Shown: positions 57,040 to 64,000 of the stretch, piece by piece | Numbering within the stretch: position 1 is the stretch's first letter | Layout of the letters: each line of letters starts with the position of its first letter | Source: Longimicrobiales bacterium | Lineage (GTDB): Bacteria > Gemmatimonadota > Gemmatimonadetes > Longimicrobiales > Gaopeijiaceae | Direction of reading: 5' to 3' | DNA: 64,000 nt | Assembly: GCA_965204735.1 (NCBI GenBank) | Contig: OZ242008.1 | Span: 2,528,001 to 2,592,000, forward strand | Translations under genes and position numbers: made by a program | Notes under the pieces: model-generated | Seen by the model: only the letters and a program-made list of their open reading frames with translations | What the model was told of the DNA's origin: nothing | Database searches by the model: none

Positions 57040-58118
57040 GGGGGACCGCTCGCGGCGCCGGCAGCGGATGCGCTCGACGCCGTGTCGGGTGCAGGGGACG
57101 ACGTGTCGGGCGCGGCGGGCAGGGAATCAGGCGTGGTCAAGGAATCGGGCGCGGTCAGCGAGTCGGGCGCGGCGGGCAGGGAGTCGGGCCGGACAGCCGG
57201 GGAGTCAGCCGGGACGGCCAGGGAATCGGGCGCGGGCAAGGAGTCGGGCGCGGCGGGCAAGGAATCGGGCGCGACCCCGGTGGAGTCGGAGGCGAACGCC
57301 GCCGGCTTCGGGAGCGGCCCGATCTCCACGGAGGCGTGAGTCACCGACCCCGGATGGACGGCGGGCTGCACGTAGTAGCTCGCGCTCCATCCGGCCGACG
57401 TCTCGGCGACCCCCATGACCCAGCCGATGAGGACCCCCCTTGGAAACGCTCCCCCCCGGCCGGACGTCAGTATCTCCACTCCCGTCTCCAGGCCCGACAG
57501 GTAGGCCGTCCCGCGGAGCAGCAGCAGGTCCTGCTCGCGGTAGTCGCCCCGAACGGGCTCCACCAAGCCGTGGGCCGTTCCGTCGGCGCTCATGGCCGAG
57601 GCCCGAAAGTCGGGGTGGGACCAGTCGAACGCCGTGGCGGAGCGGGCGCGCACGTCCTGCACCTGGCCCAGCAGGCCCGTCTCCGTGACCACCGCGTCGA
57701 ACTGCTCGATCCCGCTCGCCGCTCCAGCGTCCATGTAGAAGACGCTGCCGGCGGCGGTCGTGCCCGGTCGAACGACGGTCACCGGCACGAACCGGCCGGG
57801 CCGGCGCTGGGGAAGGATCAGCAGCCCGCGCAGTTGCCGGTTCTCCTCGGCCAAGGTTCGCCGGGCCGCCACCAAGGTCAGCAGCGAGTCGTACTGGGCT
57901 CTGAGCACGTCGTAGTCCATGGCGCGCGCCTTGTACCGGGTCACGGCGCCGTTGATCGCCAGGAAGGGTTGCAGCACCGAGCTCCTGACGGCTTCGCCCA
58001 CGGCGTGCTGCGTCCTCTCCGGCAGCTTCATGAGGATCGCCGACGCCATGACCAGGAGAAGGGTCGCCAAGAAGTCGATCCTGCCGCTGCCCCAGTCGTC
58101 GCTCGCCCGGACCGCCAT
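57036..58118 (-). CDS. mreC: Rod shape-determining protein MreC with repetitive tail
   Basis: EENRQLRGLL, GLLGQV, TSGRGGAFPRGVLIG; PDSL repeats at the C-terminus. Confidence 0.92.
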   Translation of the reverse strand: MAVRASDDWGSGRIDFLATLLLVMASAILMKLPERTQHAVGEAVRSSVLQPFLAINGAVTRYKARAMDYDVLRAQYDSLLTLVAARRTLAEENRQLRGLLILPQRRPGRFVPVTVVRPGTTAAGSVFYMDAGAASGIEQFDAVVTETGLLGQVQDVRARSATAFDWSHPDFRASAMSADGTAHGLVEPVRGDYREQDLLLLRGTAYLSGLETGVEILTSGRGGAFPRGVLIGWVMGVAETSAGWSASYYVQPAVHPGSVTHASVEIGPLPKPAAFASDSTGVAPDSLPAAPDSLPAPDSLAVPADSPAVRPDSLPAAPDSLTAPDSLTTPDSLPAAPDTSSPAPDTASSASAAGAASGPP

Positions 58119-58154
58119 GCCAGCCCTCCTGCCCGCTCCGGGAATGTCGAAGGA

Positions 58155-59237
58155 CTACGTTGCCAAGACCGTTTGGTACTTGGCGAACTCGTCCAAGATG
58201 CGGCCCGTCCCCCGGACCACGCACGTGGTGGGTTCGTCGTCCACCTTCACGTGCAGGTTGGTCTCAAGCGCGATCAGCTCTCCGAGGCCTCGGATGAGCG
58301 CCCCGCCGCCCGTCATGACGATGCCGTGGTCCACGATGTCCGACGCCAGCTCGGGAGGCGTGATCTCGAGAGCTGCGCGCACGGCCTCCACGATGGAGCC
58401 GATCTGCTCCATCATGCACTCCCGAACCTCCTGGGAGTGGATCGGGACCATCTTCGGTATCCCGGAGACCAGGTCCCGGCCCTTCACTTCGATCTCCCGC
58501 TCGTCTTCCGTCTCCATCGCCGATCCGATCTGCATCTTGATCGCCTCGGCAGTCGGCTCGCCGATGAGCAAGTTGTAGTTCTTCCTGAGGAAGGTCAGTA
58601 TGCACTGATCGAGTTCGTCGCCGCCGATCCTGATCGACGTGTCGGAGACGATCCCCGCCAGCGCGATGACCGCAATCTCGGTCGTGCCGCCCCCGATGTC
58701 GATGACCATGTTGCCGCGAGGCGTCTCGATGGGCAGACCCACGCCGATCGCCGCCGCCATGGGCTCGGCCACCATGTAGACCTTGTTGGCGCCCGCCGCC
58801 TGCGCCGAGGAACGCACCGCCCGCCGCTCCAGCTCGGTGATTCCGGAAGGCACCCCCACCACGACCCTGGGCTTGACCCGGAAGACCCGCTTCCTCATGA
58901 CCTGCTTGAGGAAGTATCGGAGCATGAGCTCCGTGATGTCCACGTCTGCGATCACCCCGTCCCTGAGAGGGCGAATCGCCTCGATTCCGCCAGGGGTTCG
59001 GCCGAGCATCCGCTTGGCCTCGAGCCCCACTCCCAGGATGTTCCGGGTGCCCCGCTCCACCGCCACGACCGACGGCTCGTTCAGGACTACGCCTTCACCC
59101 TTGACGTAGGCCAGGGTGTTGGCTGTCCCAAGATCGACCCCGATGTCGCTCGTCGGGACCAGCCGTTGCGAGTTGAACCACTTGAAGATGGGCTTCAACA
59201 GCCGTGGCGAGCCGCGACGGGCTCGAGTTTGGGACAC
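58155..59237 (-). CDS. mreB: Rod shape-determining protein MreB
   Basis: DLGTANT, EPSVVA, EPMAAAIG, DIGGGTTE, TGGGAL; start may be slightly downstream. Confidence 0.96.
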   Translation of the reverse strand: MSQTRARRGSPRLLKPIFKWFNSQRLVPTSDIGVDLGTANTLAYVKGEGVVLNEPSVVAVERGTRNILGVGLEAKRMLGRTPGGIEAIRPLRDGVIADVDITELMLRYFLKQVMRKRVFRVKPRVVVGVPSGITELERRAVRSSAQAAGANKVYMVAEPMAAAIGVGLPIETPRGNMVIDIGGGTTEIAVIALAGIVSDTSIRIGGDELDQCILTFLRKNYNLLIGEPTAEAIKMQIGSAMETEDEREIEVKGRDLVSGIPKMVPIHSQEVRECMMEQIGSIVEAVRAALEITPPELASDIVDHGIVMTGGGALIRGLGELIALETNLHVKVDDEPTTCVVRGTGRILDEFAKYQTVLAT

Positions 59238-59265
59238 GTGTGTCGCGCGGCGAGATCAACGCGGC

Positions 59266-59274
59266 AATTTAGCA
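59266..59274 (-). promoter_or_regulatory. Candidate extended -10 of the mreB operon
   Basis: Minus strand TGCTAAATT in a short AT-rich patch upstream of mreB. Confidence 0.45.
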
Positions 59275-59294
59275 ACTTTGAAGCCATCACGTAA

Positions 59295-59485
59295 GGGGGG
59301 CCTGCTGCGCGCCCTCGAGGGGAGCCCGCTGCGCGCCTTTGGGGGAAGCCCGCTGCACGTCCTTGGGGGAAGCCTGCTGCACGCCCTGCGGGGAAGCCCG
59401 CTGCACGCCCTTGGGGGGAGCCCGCTGCACGCCCTTGACGGCAACCTGCCGTACGCCCTTGAGGGAAGCCCGCCACGCCTTCCCT
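59295..59485. repeat. 24-bp degenerate tandem repeat, about 8 copies
   Basis: Consensus approximately GGGGGAAGCCCGCTGCACGCCCTT, between dut and the mreB promoter. Confidence 0.9.
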
Positions 59486-59511
59486 GGGACCCGCTCTGCT
59501 CGCCCTGCGGG

Positions 59512-60009
59512 TCATCCGTCGCCCGTGCTCCCGAACCCCGCTGCGCCTCTCCGGGTCCCCGAGAGCTGGACCACCTCCTCCACTGCAGGCGACAAGCACC
59601 AGGCGAAGACGAGCTGGGCGATCCGGTCGCCTCGGCGCACGTCCACCGGCGCCTGGCCCAGGTTGTGGAGGAGGACCTTGACCTCTCCCCGGTAGTCCCA
59701 GTCGATCGTCCCCGGGCTGTTGGGCACGGTCACGCGAGAGCGGGCGGCGAGCCCGGAACGGGGCCGCACTTGGCACTCGATCCCCGGCGGGAGTTCGATG
59801 GCGAGGCCCGTGGGCACCGCGCACACTTCGCCGGGCTCCAACCGCACGTCCTCGCAGCTCCGAACGTCGTAGCCGGCGGCACCTTCGGTCTTCGGCGCCG
59901 GCAGGGGCAGGTCGGGGTTCGTGGCCAACCTCTTGAACCGAACGGGCGGACACGCCGTGCCCGCGGACTCGGCGGCGGCCCGTCGGCGTTGCGGCTCAGC
60001 CGGCGACAT
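59512..60009 (-). CDS. dut: dUTP diphosphatase
   Basis: [37 protein letters not shown]. Confidence 0.95.
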   Translation of the reverse strand: MSPAEPQRRRAAAESAGTACPPVRFKRLATNPDLPLPAPKTEGAAGYDVRSCEDVRLEPGEVCAVPTGLAIELPPGIECQVRPRSGLAARSRVTVPNSPGTIDWDYRGEVKVLLHNLGQAPVDVRRGDRIAQLVFAWCLSPAVEEVVQLSGTRRGAAGFGSTGDG

Positions 60010-61129
60010 CGGTCCTGCCGCCCGGCGCGCCTTCCGCCTCGAAGGGCAGCCCAAACGTTTCGGCCACTCCTTGGTGCACGACGTTGCCGTCCACCACGCT
60101 CACTCCGCAAGCCAAGCCCGGATCGTCCTCGCACGCCTTGCGCCACCCCTTGCGGGCCAGCTGGACGGCGTAGGGCAACGTGGCGTTGGCAAGGGCCAGA
60201 GTCGACGAACGGGGCACCGCGCCGGGCATGTTCGCGACGCCGTAGTGGACCACGTCCTCCACTCGGTAGACCGGATCCTCGTGGGTGGTGGGGCGGATCG
60301 TCTCCACGCAGCCGCCCTGGTCCACGGCCACGTCCACGATCACGGAACCCGGGCGCATCGTCTTCAGGTCCTTTCGACGGACCAGGTTGGGCGCCTTCTT
60401 GCCCGGCAGGAGGACCGCGCCCACCACCAAGTCCGCGTCCACGAGCTGCTTGCGGACCGCGTAGCGGGTCGAGTAGAGCATGCTCACGTTGGCGGGCATC
60501 ACGTCGGCAAGGTGCCGCAGCCTGGGCAGCGAGACGTCCATGACGGCGACCCTGGCGCCAAGCCCCGCCGCCATCCTGGCCGCCTGCGCGCCCACGACTC
60601 CGCCCCCCAGCACGAGCACCTTCGCCGGCGCCACGCCCGGAACGCCGCCGAGCAGGACCCCGGAACCGCCTGCCGGCCGCTCCAGGTACTTGGCGCCCGC
60701 CTGCACCGCCATCCGGCCCGCCACCTCGCTCATGGGAGTCAGCAGGGGGAGCTCGCCGCCGGGCGACTCGACGGTCTCGTAGGCGACGGCCACGATCCCG
60801 CTCTCCATCACCGCTCGGGTAAGAGCCTCGGAGGCCGCGAAGTGGAAGTACGTGAAGACGACTTGGTCTTGCCGCATCAAGGGCCACTCGGACGGCATCG
60901 GCTCCTTGACCTTCATGATCATGTCGGCTCGGGACCAGACTTCTTCGGCCGCGACGACGACCTCCGCGCCGCTGCGACGGTAGAAGTCGTCGGTGAAGCC
61001 GCTCTCGCCGCCGGCTCCGGCCTGGACCACGACCTCCTGGCCGGCCGCCGCCAGCGCCTCCACCCCGGCGGGGGTGATCGCTACGCGGTATTCGTTGTTC
61101 TTGATCTCAGCGGGAACGCCGACGAGCAT
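59996..61129 (-). CDS. ald: Alanine dehydrogenase
   Basis: [44 protein letters not shown]. Confidence 0.96.
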   Translation of the reverse strand: MLVGVPAEIKNNEYRVAITPAGVEALAAAGQEVVVQAGAGGESGFTDDFYRRSGAEVVVAAEEVWSRADMIMKVKEPMPSEWPLMRQDQVVFTYFHFAASEALTRAVMESGIVAVAYETVESPGGELPLLTPMSEVAGRMAVQAGAKYLERPAGGSGVLLGGVPGVAPAKVLVLGGGVVGAQAARMAAGLGARVAVMDVSLPRLRHLADVMPANVSMLYSTRYAVRKQLVDADLVVGAVLLPGKKAPNLVRRKDLKTMRPGSVIVDVAVDQGGCVETIRPTTHEDPVYRVEDVVHYGVANMPGAVPRSSTLALANATLPYAVQLARKGWRKACEDDPGLACGVSVVDGNVVHQGVAETFGLPFEAEGAPGGRTDVAG

Positions 61130-61139
61130 GGTGGACGCT

Positions 61140-62477
61140 TCACTCCTGGCAGGACGTGGGTGTTGGTTGTTCGGGAGCCGGGCGCGGCGCCGCGGCAAGG
61201 GAGCCCGCCGTCGCGGCCGAAGGCGCCGGACCCAGGCAGAGGACGTACTGGCGGGCCGGATGGAGCACGGCCTCGGCTTCTTGGGCCACTTCTTCCGCCG
61301 ACACCTGGTCGACCCGCGTCGCCAGCTCCTCCAAGGAGACGATGGGCTCGTCGGCAAGAGCAAGGCCGGCAAGCCGTTGGACTCGGGCGCTCGGCCCTTC
61401 GAAGGAAAGAAGCACGCGTCCCTTGACCTGTTCCTTGATCTCCGCCAGCTCGGCGCCGGCGAGCCCGTTCGAGAGAAAGCGGCCGTACTCCTCCGCCACC
61501 GCCGCGAGCACGGCCTCTTCGGCCCCGGGACGGGTCCCGGCGTACACGCCGAACACGCCGCCGCGGGAGTAGAGAGAGTGGAACGAGTAGACCGAGTAGG
61601 CCAGCGCCAGCTCCTCGCGCACCCGCTGGAAGAGCCGAGAGCTCATCCCGCCGCCAAGGGCCTCCGACAGCAGGGTTCTCGCGTAGCGACCAGGGTGGGC
61701 GCGGCCCGGCGTCGTCCACCCCGTCACCAAGTGCATCTGAGACGAGTCGCGCTCCAGTCGGTCCGAGCCGGCCTCGGCCCCCGCCGGCGCCGGCGGGTCG
61801 GGCAGCCGGCGGCCGGGCTCGATCTCGCCGAACCACTTCTCCGCCAGGTCGACGAAGCGCCGCCACTCCAAGTCGCCTGCGGCGGCCACGACGATGTTCG
61901 CGCCGGTGTACGCGGTGGCGCGGAGGTTCGCCAAGTCCTTCCGGGCGAGCGCCGCAACCGACGCGCGGGTTCCAAGGATGGGGGCTCCGTAGGGATGTCC
62001 CCGCCAGAGCCGCTCGCCGTGCAGGTCGAACACCACGTCGTCGGGCGTGTCCTCCGCGGCGGCGATCTCCTCCGCGACGACGGCCTTCTCCTTCTCCAGG
62101 TCTTCCTGCCGCAGGGCCGGGTTGCGGATCAGGTCCGAGAGAACCTCAATCGCCAGGGGAAGGTGGGCGCTCAGCGACCGGGCTTGGTAGCTGGTGTGCT
62201 CCCGCGACGTGTAGGCGTCCAGGGCGCCGCCGACGCGCTCCAGGGAGAGGGCGATCGTCCGGGCCGAGCGGGTCTTGGTCCCCTTGAAGACCATGTGCTC
62301 CAGCAGGTGGCTCGACCCCGCGAGCTCCGGGGGCTCCAAGGCGGCGCCCTGCCGCACCCAGACCCCAACGGCCACCGACGACGCGCCGGCCATCTCCTCG
62401 GCAAGGACCTGCACGCCGTTGCCGAGGCGCACCGCCGGGCGAGGAACGCGGCGCCTACCTTCCGCCGCCCGCCCCAC
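61140..62477 (-). CDS. M16 (pitrilysin) family peptidase
   Basis: HLLEHMVFKGT (HxxEH), LGGGMSSRLFQ.VRE; follows pnp as is common. Confidence 0.92.
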   Translation of the reverse strand: MGRAAEGRRRVPRPAVRLGNGVQVLAEEMAGASSVAVGVWVRQGAALEPPELAGSSHLLEHMVFKGTKTRSARTIALSLERVGGALDAYTSREHTSYQARSLSAHLPLAIEVLSDLIRNPALRQEDLEKEKAVVAEEIAAAEDTPDDVVFDLHGERLWRGHPYGAPILGTRASVAALARKDLANLRATAYTGANIVVAAAGDLEWRRFVDLAEKWFGEIEPGRRLPDPPAPAGAEAGSDRLERDSSQMHLVTGWTTPGRAHPGRYARTLLSEALGGGMSSRLFQRVREELALAYSVYSFHSLYSRGGVFGVYAGTRPGAEEAVLAAVAEEYGRFLSNGLAGAELAEIKEQVKGRVLLSFEGPSARVQRLAGLALADEPIVSLEELATRVDQVSAEEVAQEAEAVLHPARQYVLCLGPAPSAATAGSLAAAPRPAPEQPTPTSCQE

Positions 62478-64000
62478 CGGCGCCCGGCTCGCCCTCTTCC
62501 GCCGCGGCGGCCCTGCGGGAGAGGCGCAGACGGCCCTTCCCGTCGATCGACAGGAGCTTGACCCGAACGGTGTCCCCCCGGTTCACCACGTCTTCGGTCC
62601 GGGCGACGCGATGGGAAGCCAGCTCGGAGATGTGGCAGAGCCCTTCCACGCCGGGCATGATCTCCACGAAGGCGCCGAAGGTGGTCGTGTTCTTCACCGG
62701 ACCCTCGTAGATGCGGCCCACCTCCGGGTCCTGGACGATCGCCTCGATCATCTCCTTGGCCCGGGCGCCCGCCTCGGCCGAGACGGCCGCGACCTTGACC
62801 ACGCCGTCGTCGTCCACCTCGATCGTGGCGCCCGACTCTTCCTGGATGGAGCGGATCGTCTTCCCCTTCGGCCCGATGATCTCTCCGATCTTCTCCGGGT
62901 TGATCCGAATCGACACGATCCGGGGGGCGTGGGGCGAGAGGTCCTGGCGAGGCGCGGCCAGCGCCGCGTCCATCCGGTCGAGGATGTGCAGCCGACCCTT
63001 CCGTGCCCGCTCCAGCGCCTCCTTGAGGATCTCCGTGGTGAGGCCTTCGATCTTGATGTCCATCTGGATCGAGGTCACGCCGGCGCGAGTGCCCGCCACC
63101 TTGAAGTCCATGTCCCCCAGGGCGTCCTCCAGTCCCAGGATGTCGGTGAGAACGGCCACCCGGCCCTCGTCGGCCACCAGTCCCATGGCGACGCCCGCGC
63201 ACGCCGCCTTGATCGGGACGCCGGCGTCCATGAGGGAGAGCGACGCCGAGCACACCGACGCCATCGACGAGGAGCCGTTGGACTCCAGGATCTCGGAGAC
63301 GATCCGGATCGTGTAGGGGAAGTCGTCCAAGCTGGGCAGGAGCGGCTGGATCGCCCGCTCCGCCAAGGCCCCGTGGCCCTTCTCGCGACGGGAGGTCGAG
63401 CGGATGGGCCGGGCCTCGCCCACCGAGAACGGCGGGAAGTTGTAGTGGAGCATGAAGGACTTGGTGACCTGCTCCGGCGAGTCGATGGAGTCGATCCGCT
63501 GCTCGTCCCTCGAGGTGCCCAGGGTCACGGCGCCGAGCGACTGGGTCTGGCCTCGGGTGAAGAGGGCCGATCCATGGGTCCGGGGGAGGACGCCGGTCTC
63601 GCACTCGACTTGGCGGACGTCGTCGAGCCCCCGTCCGTCCGCGCGCACGCCTTCGGCGACGATGCGGGCGCGGACGCTCCTCTTCTCGAGGGAGCGCACC
63701 ACGTCGCGCACGTCGCTCTCGACCTCGGAGGCGTCGGCGCCGTCTTCGACCATGCGTTCCAGGACGTCGTCCACGACGGCGGAGAGGGCCCGGGAGCGCT
63801 CCTGCTTGTCGGCGGTCGCAACCGCCCGCTCCACTCGGTCCGCCGCCAACTCTTCCACCCGCTGCTGGACTTCGGCGTCGGGAGCCTTGGGCGTCCACTC
63901 CATCTCGGGCTTCCGGTGGACCGCAACGACCTCTTCCTGGATCTCCACCAGCTCCCGTATTGCCTCGTGGGCGACTTGGAGTCCTTCGAGGATCTCGCTC
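62455..64000 (-). CDS. pnp: Polyribonucleotide nucleotidyltransferase (partial; 5' end outside the window)
   Basis: RTHGSALFTRG, SNGSSSMAS, DMDFKVAG, KH (IIGPKGK) and S1 domains. Confidence 0.97.
   Translation of the reverse strand, partial: SEILEGLQVAHEAIRELVEIQEEVVAVHRKPEMEWTPKAPDAEVQQRVEELAADRVERAVATADKQERSRALSAVVDDVLERMVEDGADASEVESDVRDVVRSLEKRSVRARIVAEGVRADGRGLDDVRQVECETGVLPRTHGSALFTRGQTQSLGAVTLGTSRDEQRIDSIDSPEQVTKSFMLHYNFPPFSVGEARPIRSTSRREKGHGALAERAIQPLLPSLDDFPYTIRIVSEILESNGSSSMASVCSASLSLMDAGVPIKAACAGVAMGLVADEGRVAVLTDILGLEDALGDMDFKVAGTRAGVTSIQMDIKIEGLTTEILKEALERARKGRLHILDRMDAALAAPRQDLSPHAPRIVSIRINPEKIGEIIGPKGKTIRSIQEESGATIEVDDDGVVKVAAVSAEAGARAKEMIEAIVQDPEVGRIYEGPVKNTTTFGAFVEIMPGVEGLCHISELASHRVARTEDVVNRGDTVRVKLLSIDGKGRLRLSRRAAAAEEGEPGAGGAGGGR

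Noticed and set aside
59295..59485. Possible CRISPR array (also considered for 4873-5000 and 1154-1266)
   Set aside because: Units are degenerate and head-to-tail without unique spacers; no cas genes in the window.

Overview
High-GC bacterial chromosomal segment; gene content and order suggest Gemmatimonadota or a similar lineage (inference, not verified). The housekeeping backbone comprises Mrp/NifU Fe-S carriers, pruA, lepA, guaA, lysA, proS, hisS, folC-accD, mreBCD-mrdA-rodA, dut, ald, an M16 peptidase and pnp. The accessory middle holds a tryptophan -> kynurenine -> anthranilate -> anthraniloyl-CoA catabolic cluster (kynA, kynU, abm-like genes). This cluster lacks a recognisable kynB but carries a creatininase-family amidohydrolase, and it is split by a Type III restriction-modification pair and bordered by a solitary MTase and an Mrr-like nuclease. 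Also present: an uncharacterised STAS-HATPase plus STAS-like/putative wHTH gene pair, an Rpn/YhgA nuclease with a probable internal small antitoxin start, a complete IS with TIRs and TSD, a frameshifted small secreted-protein gene, an AT-rich in-frame patch with operator-like motifs inside an acyl-CoA dehydrogenase, and many short duplications at gene junctions and in protein loops. No rRNA, tRNA or CRISPR array was recognised. All family calls come from motif recognition by eye; no searches were run.
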